Positions 19,798-30,195 are shown, counted from the stretch's first letter. The stretch: 64,000 nucleotides of DNA from an uncultured Gammaproteobacteria bacterium (GCA_964452165.1 CAYVKP010000004.1:5333-69332), one strand, 5' to 3'. Numbers and translations: made by a program. Notes: generated by a model not told the origin, from the sequence alone.

Positions 19798-20552
19798 ATA
19801 CTTTTAGGTCGGGCGAACACTAGGGTACGTTTCCAGTCAGTACCCGGAGGCCAGCAAGTTTGCAGAATAAGGCGCTCTCCTTGCCCAAGTGCTGCATCAA
19901 CATAAGAAACATCTGATGCGTCAACAAGTTTTGTGTCATAAACTTCATAGTTATAGCGTTTGCCTTTGAAGAAAATATATACCTCATCTCCCAGTTTCAT
20001 ATCTTTTAGCAAATAAAACACGGCGTTGTAGCGGCCCACGTCCCAAAAGTTATCCGCAGAATGGGCAAACAAATAAGTAGTCCCATCTACTCCGGGATAT
20101 GCGGTCCCTTTTGCATGAGCAATACTGTGAATCAAAACACGGAGGTACTCTTCTTTGTTTGATGGATCAACGTTTGCTGTGATTGCCGATGCCGCGCCTA
20201 TTTTTGGAATTACTACAGAGAAGTCAATGTTTGGCGGAACCAAAACTTTTTCCTTATTATTTGAGACTATGTCGCCAAGACCCGGTCCTTGAGTCTTTAT
20301 CTGCTCGCCCTTATTGTATTGAGCGACTATTTTACCGAGTGCGGTGACCGAATTTGACTGTTGCACATCTTCTGCCAAGACGTATTTAACTCCTTTGATT
20401 TTACCAATCTGATAAGATGCCTCGTAGTAAGCAGAAGGACCAAAGGTTGCTCCGAATCCAAAGATTGTAAACAAAATCAGGAAGTTGCCGATTGTACGCA
20501 GAATCAGAATCCGCAGAACCGATCCTTTGCCGTGTGTCGAATGATGCGCCAT
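19794..20552 (-). CDS. sortase
   Basis: LFAHS (His), LQTCWP (Cys), KR (Arg) catalytic residues; N-terminal TM. Confidence 0.88.
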   Translation of the reverse strand: MAHHSTHGKGSVLRILILRTIGNFLILFTIFGFGATFGPSAYYEASYQIGKIKGVKYVLAEDVQQSNSVTALGKIVAQYNKGEQIKTQGPGLGDIVSNNKEKVLVPPNIDFSVVIPKIGAASAITANVDPSNKEEYLRVLIHSIAHAKGTAYPGVDGTTYLFAHSADNFWDVGRYNAVFYLLKDMKLGDEVYIFFKGKRYNYEVYDTKLVDASDVSYVDAALGQGERLILQTCWPPGTDWKRTLVFARPKSI

Positions 20553-20610
20553 GAATATATTATAGCCCATTTGGTTGATCTCGCGCCACGCTTGTTGGTA
20601 AAATAGATTT

Positions 20611-21369
20611 ATGAGAACTGATTCAGAGCCCCAAAGAGGTGCTACGGGACAAGCCAATAATAAGGTTGACAAAAACCGGGATCATATGAGGGATGATGCT
20701 TGGGGCGCATATGTAAAAACCAGGCAAAAACCTTTAGTTCATCCCCTGGTTGGCACGGGACTCGTAGCAGCGGGAGTTGTGGCGGCAGGAGCTGCGGCAG
20801 GAATTGCAATAAATACACTACGTGGAGGAAACGATAATCAACCAAAACCTGTTCTTGAATTTGTCCAACGCATGCCAGACGGAGATAGACTTCCGACAGA
20901 ACGTGCCACCGTTTTTTACACTGGAGAGATATTTGTGAATCCAGAACTCGTCAGTATTCGCGAAACTCCTAAGCTTGTAGAAAAAGCTAATCCCGGAGCA
21001 AAAAATAAAATATCGCTTTCTGATGATGACGAAATTGACGGTGTAAAAATGAAGGCAATCAGAGCTCGAGGTGGATTTAGGACTAGGAACGCAAAAATGG
21101 CGGAGGACGGAGACGACGTGGACGGTGATGGAAGAGGAAAAATGTGGATTGAGATCGAGGGCATTAGAGATGGTAAACCGTTCACCGGATATATAAGCAG
21201 AAGTCAGCAGACAGAAAAGGACAAGGCGGTTATTGTAGAAACCGTTGGAAGATTTGAACGAATAGTTAGGGCTAATGCTTCTAACGATCGTCGTGCGACA
21301 CTCTTACCCTCTGGTGGATTTAATGTAATGACTCCCCCTGCTACTTCTGATCTTTCTTTTGGGAAATAA
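20611..21369 (+). CDS. hypothetical single-TM protein
   Basis: 252-aa ORF with Ala/Gly-rich TM. Confidence 0.65.
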   Translation: MRTDSEPQRGATGQANNKVDKNRDHMRDDAWGAYVKTRQKPLVHPLVGTGLVAAGVVAAGAAAGIAINTLRGGNDNQPKPVLEFVQRMPDGDRLPTERATVFYTGEIFVNPELVSIRETPKLVEKANPGAKNKISLSDDDEIDGVKMKAIRARGGFRTRNAKMAEDGDDVDGDGRGKMWIEIEGIRDGKPFTGYISRSQQTEKDKAVIVETVGRFERIVRANASNDRRATLLPSGGFNVMTPPATSDLSFGK

Positions 21370-21892
21370 TCATCAAGGCAATTATCAACGCGAATCCGGT
21401 TACTGCCATGAGAGGTATTGTTATGTAACCAAAATAACTTATTTGCTTGAACGCGCAGTTTGCCACCTCATCGCTACAAGGGAGGGGAATTGGTGACATC
21501 TGAAGAATATAATGATAAGTTCCGATTAACAAACCGACTATGCTGAGGGGCAAGATATATTTCTTGATTCCAAAATCATTTTTGACAGCAGCGATTCCCA
21601 AAAGCAACACTAACGGATACATGCAAATTCTCTGATACCAACATAATTTACATGGTACAAAGTGCGCAATCTCAGAGAAGAATAATGAACCAACCATTGC
21701 ACAAAGCGCTACCAAAAAGGCAAGACTCAAACTGTTGTCTGACAAAAATTTTGAAACTTTCTGAAGAGTTTTATTTTTTTTAATACTCTTTTTCATTATG
21801 AGAATAACCACGAGAAAAATGAGTGAAATCTGGCCCACCAAAACTAAATCTGCAAATATTCTAACTATGACAAGCGCTTCTTCCTTACCCAT
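21341..21892 (-). CDS. dsbB: disulfide bond formation protein DsbB/BdbC
   Basis: PCKLCWYQRICMYP; second Cys pair. Confidence 0.92.
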   Translation of the reverse strand: MGKEEALVIVRIFADLVLVGQISLIFLVVILIMKKSIKKNKTLQKVSKFLSDNSLSLAFLVALCAMVGSLFFSEIAHFVPCKLCWYQRICMYPLVLLLGIAAVKNDFGIKKYILPLSIVGLLIGTYHYILQMSPIPLPCSDEVANCAFKQISYFGYITIPLMAVTGFALIIALMIISQKKDQK

Positions 21893-21893
21893 A

Positions 21894-22613
21894 TTACAAA
21901 TTCGCTTGTATTAACTTCTTGAAGTCGCCGTAGGTTACGGGATTGTTTTCCACCTTTTTATTATTGAGGAAGAATGTGGGGGTTGACGCAACTCCAACAG
22001 AAATACCCTCACTTTGAGTCGCAGCAATTTTTGCCTCAGTCTCACTACTATCTATATCGCGATTGAATTGATCCATGGCAAGATTCATACTTTTTGCTGC
22101 GGCCACCATCTTGGCTTTAGCATCTGAGGCCGAAAGCGGCGCCCAACTGTCTTGGTTATCATAAAGCCAATCGTGCATTAGGTAAAATTTACCTTGATTG
22201 CCCGCTGCAACCGCAGCTTTCGCGGCAAGCATTGCGTTTGGATGAACGGAGGTTAGTGGAAAATTCTTGTAAATAAGTTTCAACTTTCCATCAAAATCCT
22301 TGAGGGCTTGACGAACAAAAGGTTCGTAAACTTTGCACGCCGGACATTGAAGATCTCCATACTCAACGAGAGTTGCCGATGCGCTTGACGCGCCGCGGAC
22401 AAAACCTGCAGAGCTGATTTTAACTGGCTTATTTTTGCTTTGCTTGATGGAGAAAATTAAGAAGCCAAAAAAGATGAGGAAGATGGCTACTCCTACTCCA
22501 AGTATTAACCATTTCGCAGTATCTGAGCCTGCGGTTGCTGCTCCCTGCGCAATTTTCTCAAGGCGTCTTGCTTCTTGTCTCTCGCGTTTTGTCATGGGAC
22601 GATTCTGATCCAT
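21894..22613 (-). CDS. dsbA: DsbA/BdbD thioredoxin-fold oxidoreductase
   Basis: EYGDLQCPAC, FPL..H, STPTFF. Confidence 0.9.
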   Translation of the reverse strand: MDQNRPMTKRERQEARRLEKIAQGAATAGSDTAKWLILGVGVAIFLIFFGFLIFSIKQSKNKPVKISSAGFVRGASSASATLVEYGDLQCPACKVYEPFVRQALKDFDGKLKLIYKNFPLTSVHPNAMLAAKAAVAAGNQGKFYLMHDWLYDNQDSWAPLSASDAKAKMVAAAKSMNLAMDQFNRDIDSSETEAKIAATQSEGISVGVASTPTFFLNNKKVENNPVTYGDFKKLIQANL

Positions 22614-22656
22614 GTGAAATATCTTAGGTTAAAACAATTAAATAGTCAATAATTTG

Positions 22657-22728
22657 TCGGGGTGGGGAGAATTGGACTCCCTGCCTCGCGAACCCGAATC
22701 GCGCGGTCTACCGATGACCTACACCCCG
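22657..22728 (-). tRNA. tRNA-Pro(CGG)
   Basis: Cloverleaf; anticodon arm CGCGA-TTCGGGT-TCGCG; CCA not encoded. Confidence 0.9.
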
Positions 22729-22816
22729 ATGTAACTTTTAACAATTGACCAATTAACAAAATTAACTAGAACCAAGTTAATTGTTAATTTGTTGTTTTCG
22801 TTAACTGTTAAATTTG

Positions 22817-22889
22817 CGTCCCCGAGTGGAGTCGAACCACCAGTCTCGCCCTTAGGACGGGCTTGCTCAATCCATTAAGCTACGGGGAC
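22817..22889 (-). tRNA. tRNA-Arg(CCT)
   Basis: Cloverleaf; loop GTCCTAA; GGTTCGACTCC T-arm. Confidence 0.9.
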
Positions 22890-22980
22890 ATTAAGCTCAC
22901 AAAATTATATCATAGGAACAGTTTTATTGAGGATCCGGGGTTGACAGAAAGCTTTTTTTTCTGTTAATCTATTGGCTATA

Positions 22981-23235
22981 ATGGCACCTCGAAAAACTCC
23001 AAGAAAAATATCAGTAAAATCGCGTTCTACAAAGAAGGTTACATATAAGAGAGGCCCTACAAAAGTAGAAATTAAAAGAAGTTATAGAAGTCGAGTAATT
23101 TCATTCTTTATTGGAGTTGCAACTGTCGTGGCAATCGGGTTTATAATCTTCTCCTATGCGCAGAGCAATAATTACAAGCAGGTTCTAGGAGCAAGCACCA
23201 ATAATTTAAGAGTTACTCCAATCAGACTCAAATAA
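22981..23235 (+). CDS. small basic single-TM protein
   Basis: Lys/Arg-rich N-terminus, TM, QVLGAST motif. Confidence 0.7.
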   Translation: MAPRKTPRKISVKSRSTKKVTYKRGPTKVEIKRSYRSRVISFFIGVATVVAIGFIIFSYAQSNNYKQVLGASTNNLRVTPIRLK

Positions 23236-23258
23236 TCCAAGGGGTTCGAACTGGAAAA

Positions 23259-23831
23259 CTAGAGGTCTTCGCCGTAGCGCTTATATGTGTGAATTTCTTC
23301 CGGAGTAAACCAAAGCATTTTTTCAACGTTTGCCTCCTCTATGGAGGCTGAAATGTGGACCAAATTCATAACACCTCTCTGCTCTATATTGGCGTATGCC
23401 GCCGAGTCAGTTGAAAAGTCTCCTCGAATTGTACCGGCAGGAGCAGTCACGGGCATTGTTGGGCCGGCCATATTCACAACATTTTCCACAGCATGGCGTC
23501 CTTCAATAACCATCGCAATAACTGGACCGGACTTAACATAATCAAACAACCATTTATTGACGAGCTTCCCAAGCTCGAGCGCGTCATCTGTCCCAAAATC
23601 TTTTTTGGCGTCTTTGCCGTATTTTGTATAAGTTGCAAGAGTTTTTTCTCCCCAACGTTTAAGAGTTGCTTCCTTATCGCTTTGGTAGTGTTTTAATAGA
23701 AGGTCTTCGGTTGCATGAACCATTTTCATCGCGACTATCTTGAGTCCCATTCGCTCAAAACGGTGAATGAGTTCGCCAACAATTCCGCGTTTGACGCCGT
23801 CCGGCTTTATCATTACAAATGTCTGTTCCAT
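23259..23831 (-). CDS. ndk: nucleoside diphosphate kinase
   Basis: EQTFVMIKPDGVKRG, GTIRGDF, NLVHIS. Confidence 0.95.
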   Translation of the reverse strand: MEQTFVMIKPDGVKRGIVGELIHRFERMGLKIVAMKMVHATEDLLLKHYQSDKEATLKRWGEKTLATYTKYGKDAKKDFGTDDALELGKLVNKWLFDYVKSGPVIAMVIEGRHAVENVVNMAGPTMPVTAPAGTIRGDFSTDSAAYANIEQRGVMNLVHISASIEEANVEKMLWFTPEEIHTYKRYGEDL

Positions 23832-23901
23832 AACTTATTTATCTTAAAGGCAAATAGATTCAAAGTCAACAGCCGTTGGTTTGAATAAAATCTTGAAGTT
23901 T

Positions 23902-24393
23902 TTAGTTAAATTGAGCTGTTGATATAATTTCTTCAAGATGATTAACCCCTTCTCTTACAGCCCGTACACTAAGCATTCTCGTGGAATCTAGCTTAATAAT
24001 ATAATCGTTGTATATAGTCTTCAGAGCTGGCTTCCCATTTATTGTCATTATTTTGCCAGCACCATTAGGGTAATGCGTTTTAATTAATTCATCGAGTCCT
24101 CGGTCATCCATAGAGGCCTCTACCATAAGTACTTCGTTTCCTGCATAATCCCCGTAGGAATGGGCAGCCTTTGTTCCAACCAGGAAAAAGCTTATTCCAT
24201 TATCATCCGGGGCTTCAGCTGTTTTTTCATAATACCAGTTTTTGGGATATCGAAAACTAAAACCGTAGGTGCTATTTTTATATTCCTTTGTATCCCGCTG
24301 TATTTGTGTGTTTCTATGATAGTTCGGGGAAATAACAAAACCAACGATTGACAGAAACATAATAATTATGAGGGGAGCGATTTTTTTGAGCAT
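23902..24393 (-). CDS. secreted PsbP-like domain protein
   Basis: Signal/TM; YKNSTYGFSFRYPKNW; IISTAQF. Confidence 0.7.
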   Translation of the reverse strand: MLKKIAPLIIIMFLSIVGFVISPNYHRNTQIQRDTKEYKNSTYGFSFRYPKNWYYEKTAEAPDDNGISFFLVGTKAAHSYGDYAGNEVLMVEASMDDRGLDELIKTHYPNGAGKIMTINGKPALKTIYNDYIIKLDSTRMLSVRAVREGVNHLEEIISTAQFN

Positions 24394-24452
24394 TTTATTA
24401 ATATTTTAAGTATGCAATATCCAGCAAAATCAAGTCAACGAGTAAAAGGAGA

Positions 24453-25721
24453 CTAGACAAGGAGTTTTTTGAATGGAGCTTCTTTTTTAAAATCTCCGAT
24501 TATTGCAAGATTTAGAGGCTGGGAAAGAAATTCCTTTGCAACTTCCACAACATCTTCAAGAGTAACAGCATCAAACTTTTTAATTACCTCTTCAGGATTC
24601 TCAAGTTTTTTCTCAAAAATCCAATCTGATCCGTAAAAAATTGCTACGGATCTAGTATCTTCAAGCTCCAAAACAAAATGCCCCTTCATATATTCTTTTG
24701 CCTTTTTTAATTCCTCTTCCTTTATCTCGCCTGGCTTTAGGACTTTTTGATATTCGTCTTTGACAACAGTTATTGCATCATTAATTCTCTTGGGGTCTGC
24801 CCCAACAAAAGTTGTAAGGTGACCGCAATCAAGATAATTCTCCGAAACCGTTCGAACGTAATAGGCCAATCCTCTTTTTTCGCGAACTTCATGGAAAAGA
24901 CGTGAGGACATTCCTCCACCCAAAATTGCCGAAAGTACGCTTAGCGGATATTTTTTCTTATCGTCTGTTACGCCAACAGTTCTTACTCCAAGACCAAAAT
25001 GCGCTTGGTCGGTCTTTTTGTATCTTATTTTAACTTGTGAATCCTTCTGTCCTTCAATTACCGATTTATAACCTTCAGTTGTAAATGTGGGGTGAGAACC
25101 GAAATATTTATTTATCATCGCGAGACATTTTTTTTCGTCCACTTTTCCTGCAACTACAACCACCATGTTTGATGCTGAATATAGTTTTTTCATGTAAGCG
25201 ACAAAGTCCTTTTTATTGACCGAACTTATTACTTCCTTACGCCCCGCAATATCCCAACCCATAGGTGTATCTCCATACAAAAGTGATTCGTAAATATCAC
25301 CAATTTTTCTTGGAGGCGTATCTTCGTAAAGATTTATCTCCTCAGTTATTACTCCCCGCTCCTTATCAATTTCTTTTTGATCAAGTAGTAGATTTGCAAG
25401 CATGTCGGAGAGAATATCAAGAGATAGTTCAACGCGGTGCGCTGCAGACTTTATGTAATACCCTGTGTATTCTTTTCCGGTGAAGGCGTTGGATTCTGCT
25501 CCGGCTCCATCAACCAAAGATGCTATTTCAAGCGCGGTCGGTCTTTTCTTGGTTCCCTTGAAGGCCATATGCTCAAGGAAATGGGAAATTCCGTTATTTG
25601 ATCTATCCTCATAACGAGACCCCGCGCCCACCATTACCATAGTTGTTGCAGACTCTACTTCATTGACTGGAATGATAACTACGTTGAGGCCGTTTTTGAG
25701 TGTTGAATGATGAAAACGCAT
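24453..25721 (-). CDS. M16 family zinc peptidase
   Basis: HFLEH inverted zincin motif, NAFT, SSRLFHEVREKRGLAY. Confidence 0.93.
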   Translation of the reverse strand: MRFHHSTLKNGLNVVIIPVNEVESATTMVMVGAGSRYEDRSNNGISHFLEHMAFKGTKKRPTALEIASLVDGAGAESNAFTGKEYTGYYIKSAAHRVELSLDILSDMLANLLLDQKEIDKERGVITEEINLYEDTPPRKIGDIYESLLYGDTPMGWDIAGRKEVISSVNKKDFVAYMKKLYSASNMVVVVAGKVDEKKCLAMINKYFGSHPTFTTEGYKSVIEGQKDSQVKIRYKKTDQAHFGLGVRTVGVTDDKKKYPLSVLSAILGGGMSSRLFHEVREKRGLAYYVRTVSENYLDCGHLTTFVGADPKRINDAITVVKDEYQKVLKPGEIKEEELKKAKEYMKGHFVLELEDTRSVAIFYGSDWIFEKKLENPEEVIKKFDAVTLEDVVEVAKEFLSQPLNLAIIGDFKKEAPFKKLLV

Positions 25722-25764
25722 AATTTAAAATCTACTTTTGAACCTGAGACAGGGGTTTATTATC

Positions 25765-27474
25765 TCACATTCGCGCGACCGTTTCAATTCCAAGAAGAGC
25801 AAGACCATTCTTAACTACCTGTCCGGTTGCCGCGGTTAGCATTAGACGAAAAGCGCGAACCTCACGGTCTTTGGTATTTAAAATCTGATGTTTTTGATAG
25901 AAAAGATTGAATTTTTGGGCCAGGTCAAACAAATAATTAGCAATTAAATTCGGCGAGTAGGTGCTGGCAGCATTTTCCACAATCTCAGGAAAATGAACTA
26001 ATGCGCTGGCGACTTCTTTTTCCTCCTGTTCAAAATCCAGATTGTTCGCGATTTTTCCTTCAATACCCTCCTCTTTGACTTTTCCAAGAATACTTTGGGT
26101 TCTAACATAAGTATAGAGAATATATGGCCCGGAGTTTCCGTCAAGGGAGATACTCTCATCAAAAGAAAACTGAATATCAGAAGTTCTTCCGAAGCGGAGC
26201 AAGGAATATTTAACGGCTGCGACCGCAACAGTTTCCGCAATAGACGAACTCAATTCGGGGAAGTTTTTTTTGATTTTCTCCCGCGCTTCATCAAGCAACC
26301 ACTCTCCTCTTACAATATTTCCAAGTCTTGATGACATCTTTCCATCTTTAAGCTGGACAAATCCGTAGGGTAAATGTTTTTCTCGGCCGACGAATTTTGG
26401 ATCAACCGTTTCGAGTGCTTTAAAAACTACATCAAAATATCCTGCTTGCTCGGGCCCTACAACATGCAATGCCAGGTCAAACTTAAACTCAGAATATTGA
26501 AGCGGTCCAAGTCCCATTTCTTTGCCTTCATAAGTCGGATTGCCCTCGCCTGTTACAAAAACTCTATTGTGAAGGCCATATTTTTCTCCCGGAAAAATGA
26601 TTGCTCCTTGGTCTTGCACAAAAATCCCATCCTCAACATGGGAAAGGACGATTTTTTTCCCATTCTCATAAACCTCACTTTCAAAAAAAAGTCTGTCAAA
26701 ATGCGTCCCGACTCTTTCGTAAACAGTTTCGAAATATTCAAGACTCCAGACCCGAGTCTTTTCCCAGAGAGGCAAAACCTCGGGATCCTTAGCATATATT
26801 TGTTTATTTATTTTGACAATTTCTTTTTTTGCCCCTTCGTCTTCTTCATATTTTTTTGATCCAGCAGCATATGCTTTCCCTAAAATAGCCGCTTTCTCAA
26901 GACTTGAAAGCTTGTCGCTCTTTTCGATATCAATCTTTAAGTCCTGCAATCCATAAATTGCTTTTGCTACATGCATTCCCACATCTCCTTGATAATTTAC
27001 TCGCGATACCTTTGCGCCTTGCGCTGACAGCAGACGAACAATTGACTCTCCTGTTGTAATATTTCTCAGGTGTCCTATGTGAAATTCCTTGTGAGTATTT
27101 GGATGAGCAAACTCAACCATTATTTTTTTACCCGAAAGCAAACTTCCCTCTCCAAACTTATTACCCGCCGAGATAACATTCGTAAGGTTTTCCTGAAGAG
27201 CTTGAGCTGATAAGAAAAAATTTAAAAATCCGGGTCCGGCTGTCTCAACCTTCTCTACGTTTTTGTCATTTAGTTTTTCGTACTCTCTTTTAATTTGTTC
27301 GGCAATATCTTGAGGCTTTTTGCCAATAACCGAACTCAAACGCATCGCCAAGTTCGTTGAATAGTCTCCGTTTTGACTTCTTTCAGGAATTGAAAGAACA
27401 ATTTCAACCTCCTTACTAGTAAGCTCGCGAACAATTTTCTTAAGATTTTTTAAAATACTTTCTTTTATTTCCAT
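25765..27474 (-). CDS. argS: arginine--tRNA ligase
   Basis: HIGH and KMSSR motifs; DALR-type C-terminus. Confidence 0.96.
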   Translation of the reverse strand: MEIKESILKNLKKIVRELTSKEVEIVLSIPERSQNGDYSTNLAMRLSSVIGKKPQDIAEQIKREYEKLNDKNVEKVETAGPGFLNFFLSAQALQENLTNVISAGNKFGEGSLLSGKKIMVEFAHPNTHKEFHIGHLRNITTGESIVRLLSAQGAKVSRVNYQGDVGMHVAKAIYGLQDLKIDIEKSDKLSSLEKAAILGKAYAAGSKKYEEDEGAKKEIVKINKQIYAKDPEVLPLWEKTRVWSLEYFETVYERVGTHFDRLFFESEVYENGKKIVLSHVEDGIFVQDQGAIIFPGEKYGLHNRVFVTGEGNPTYEGKEMGLGPLQYSEFKFDLALHVVGPEQAGYFDVVFKALETVDPKFVGREKHLPYGFVQLKDGKMSSRLGNIVRGEWLLDEAREKIKKNFPELSSSIAETVAVAAVKYSLLRFGRTSDIQFSFDESISLDGNSGPYILYTYVRTQSILGKVKEEGIEGKIANNLDFEQEEKEVASALVHFPEIVENAASTYSPNLIANYLFDLAQKFNLFYQKHQILNTKDREVRAFRLMLTAATGQVVKNGLALLGIETVARM

Positions 27475-27553
27475 GCTCTTAATTTTAAAGCTAAAGGTGG
27501 CAATTGTAAATTGCCATATTGACAACAGTTTCAGGAAGTAATAAAAATGGGCT

Positions 27554-27925
27554 ATGGCCGTTCAACTGCACGAGACCAGTATATCTTCGGAAGATCAGCA
27601 ACGTTTCCAGAGTGCATTATCACGCCCGCTTGAACGCTGGACTCCTGACAAAGCCTCCCAGGAAGCAGATACAATCCTAGCTAAGCTGAGCACAACATCC
27701 TCGGCGCCTGTGAGCAAAAGCACTGTTCAAGGAGTAATACTGGGAGCAATGGAGACTTCAGAAGTACACGACTTTCTAGGTATTCTCGCTGAGAGAAGTC
27801 TGAAGGGGGATTTATGGACTCAGCCCGAACCCAAACCCGCTGAGCAACAACCCACTCACCATCTTCCTCTAAAAAGAGGAGTTCTTTCAAGACTTCCAAG
27901 GCCTCGCTTTTTCGGCAGAAGATAG
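27554..27925 (+). CDS. hypothetical protein
   Basis: 123-aa ORF with upstream TTGACA promoter. Confidence 0.6.
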   Translation: MAVQLHETSISSEDQQRFQSALSRPLERWTPDKASQEADTILAKLSTTSSAPVSKSTVQGVILGAMETSEVHDFLGILAERSLKGDLWTQPEPKPAEQQPTHHLPLKRGVLSRLPRPRFFGRR

Positions 27926-27931
27926 ACCAAG

Positions 27932-27959
27932 AAAAAAGGTCTCGCTTGAGAGACCTTTT
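27932..27959. terminator. bidirectional intrinsic terminator
   Basis: AAAAGGTCTC-loop-GAGACCTTTT between convergent genes. Confidence 0.8.
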
Positions 27960-27983
27960 CCCCTGAAAATTGCCTAACCAACC

Positions 27984-28730
27984 TTATGGTGTTGGTGTTG
28001 GAGTTGACGTTGGTTTTGGACCAAAATCTTTAATCTCTTTTACTTCTGTAATTGTGTTCGCAACACGATCCCACAAACCTCTAATACGAACTCTATCTCC
28101 GGTCTTAAGGTCTGCAAACGCAATCGTCCCTCCGCTTATGTTTATAAATTTAGTCGAGGAGCTAACGGTTACGGTTTGATTACCCCTTCCAATTGTTGAC
28201 ATAACAAATGTGTTTGAGCCAAGAGAGGTAACCTGACCAAAGAAAACTCCGTTTCTTTTTTGAATAGAAACATCTCGGACCAACTTTGCATTAATTGCAG
28301 TTTTGTTATCGTCTGTCCAGGTCCCCCAAACATTAACCTTATCGTTAACAGTTATTTCTGATAAAGATGAGCCTCCCCAGAAACGTCTACGGAACTTTGT
28401 GTTGGAATCAGTGTTAACAGTATAGGTCTTACCGTCTTTTGAAATTGTAAAAGACGAACCGTTAACAGCAGTCACCTGACCGCCAGTAATGTTCGCAACA
28501 TTTTTAAAGAGGGGGATCAGGTTCTTAATGTCTTGTTTAAGATCGTGTCTGTCATCTTTTATGTCTTTTCTAACCGCTTGACGGATTCCCTTAAAACCTC
28601 CATGGAGATTTCCCGGCGTAACAGTCACTGATGGAGTCGCTGTAGGACTCTCATCTGCGTAAGCTGCCGCAGGACTTAAGAATGACAAAATCAAAATTGA
28701 AAGTAAAACACTTTTCTTAATTTTATTCAT
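27984..28730 (-). CDS. secreted protein with two DUF5666-like OB-fold repeats
   Basis: Signal peptide; GQVT..T..T.F....LK.GD.V...G twice. Confidence 0.7.
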   Translation of the reverse strand: MNKIKKSVLLSILILSFLSPAAAYADESPTATPSVTVTPGNLHGGFKGIRQAVRKDIKDDRHDLKQDIKNLIPLFKNVANITGGQVTAVNGSSFTISKDGKTYTVNTDSNTKFRRRFWGGSSLSEITVNDKVNVWGTWTDDNKTAINAKLVRDVSIQKRNGVFFGQVTSLGSNTFVMSTIGRGNQTVTVSSSTKFINISGGTIAFADLKTGDRVRIRGLWDRVANTITEVKEIKDFGPKPTSTPTPTP

Positions 28731-28752
28731 TAAAAATCACCCCCATTCTTAT

Positions 28753-29202
28753 TTATTGTGACGGCTGATACGTCACGACTATATCTTTTTCTGCTGAGTT
28801 ACCACTTTTATCGTTTGCGAGAATTAGAATTTCATTTTCCCCTTCGTCAAGTGAGACTTGAAAATAAAAGTTGCCCTGATTGTCCGCTCTACCTATCTGA
28901 TCATTTGCAAAAACTTCTGCCCCGGCGGTAGTTTTACCCGAAACAGAAACTGTGGGACTCGCGACCGTAGAATTACTGGCGGGAGATGATACTGTGAGAG
29001 GAATTTGAGACGCGGCAGTCTCAGCCGCAACATTCTCAATGGATCCGGGCCGTGAGTCATTAGTCGTATTCGCAGATAGTGTAGGTGCTTGACCATTATT
29101 TAATAAAGACGAACTTGAGATATGATTCTTTCCTTTTATCAAAACGTAGCCAAAGCCTAAAGCGGCAACGATTACTATTATAAACAGGAGCTCTTTTTTC
29201 AT
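28753..29202 (-). CDS. membrane-anchored Ig-like domain protein
   Basis: VSGKT, GNF, LDEGENEI, DKSGN pattern. Confidence 0.75.
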   Translation of the reverse strand: MKKELLFIIVIVAALGFGYVLIKGKNHISSSSLLNNGQAPTLSANTTNDSRPGSIENVAAETAASQIPLTVSSPASNSTVASPTVSVSGKTTAGAEVFANDQIGRADNQGNFYFQVSLDEGENEILILANDKSGNSAEKDIVVTYQPSQ

Positions 29203-29217
29203 GCCTATATTAATATA

Positions 29218-29244
29218 TACGGGCCATCTACCTAAATTGTTTCA
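29218..29244 (-). promoter_or_regulatory. putative ECF-sigma promoter
   Basis: TGAAAC-17 nt-CGTA upstream of the 29202 ATG, adjacent to an ECF sigma gene. Confidence 0.55.
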
Positions 29245-29295
29245 TTTCGCTTCGCTCAGTACCACGTTCTTTGAATGTGGCACGCTAAGATTAGA

Positions 29296-29679
29296 CTACT
29301 TTTTCTTAAGTGCACGAAGTCTATTTTTAATTTTCCCAAAGTTGCGGAGAACCAAAATCAAAACTGTTGCGAAAATTAAGATCAAAATTAAAAGCTCAAA
29401 CCCCAAGAATTTAGGGAATTCGGTCGTGAAAGTGTCGAAGACTTCTCCAAGATACTGATTTATTATCGAGCGGTCCTCCCCAAAAATCTGGAGAAGGTCC
29501 AGGGTTCCCTGACGATACAACATTTCATAGATTCTGACGACAGCGTAAACAATGAGTGCTCCAACTCCGCCAACAAGAATTATATATCTTAAAACGGTTA
29601 AGCTTGTTCGCTCCTTTTCGAACTTGTAAACTCTTTTTAAAATCTTCTGTTCCAAATTTTTATTTTCCTTTTTATTCAT
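29296..29679 (-). CDS. putative membrane anti-sigma factor
   Basis: 2 TM helices, directly after the ECF sigma gene. Confidence 0.55.
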   Translation of the reverse strand: MNKKENKNLEQKILKRVYKFEKERTSLTVLRYIILVGGVGALIVYAVVRIYEMLYRQGTLDLLQIFGEDRSIINQYLGEVFDTFTTEFPKFLGFELLILILIFATVLILVLRNFGKIKNRLRALKKK

Positions 29680-29685
29680 AATTCA

Positions 29686-30195
29686 TCATTCTTTATTCAT
29701 AATTCGATTCTTTACTTGATCTTTGGCTCGCCTTATTAAGGTCTTTACCGTATTTATGGGTTTTTTGATTTCTCTTGAAATATCGTCATAAGAAAACCCG
29801 TCTTCAAAATATAATTTTAACACGCGGGCATAATCCGGTTTCAAGCCAAGCAGCAAAAACTTAAAATCCAGAGAGCTATCTTTTTCTTCTGCAACAATCT
29901 CGTCTGTTAGTTCTAAGTGTTTTTTATTCTTGCGATAAAATTCTATAATCTCATTTTTGATAATTGTGAAGAAGTATGGATAAAATTTTTTCTTGGAGTC
30001 AAAACGGTCAAGAGCTTTATACACTTTGATGAATGCATTCTGGACAATATCCTCAGCGTCCTGGCGGTTTTGATTGACACGAACTAAAACATAGTAATAG
30101 ACGACCTTTGAATATTTGTCGACAAAGTGTTCGAAGTAGTTAATTTCACCGTTCTGAATTTTCCGAATAATTTGCTCTTCGGACAAATCTTCCAT
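29686..30195 (-). CDS. ECF RNA polymerase sigma factor
   Basis: DAEDIVQNAFIK (region 2); SYDDIS..INTVKTLIRRAK (region 4). Confidence 0.92.
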   Translation of the reverse strand: MEDLSEEQIIRKIQNGEINYFEHFVDKYSKVVYYYVLVRVNQNRQDAEDIVQNAFIKVYKALDRFDSKKKFYPYFFTIIKNEIIEFYRKNKKHLELTDEIVAEEKDSSLDFKFLLLGLKPDYARVLKLYFEDGFSYDDISREIKKPINTVKTLIRRAKDQVKNRIMNKE

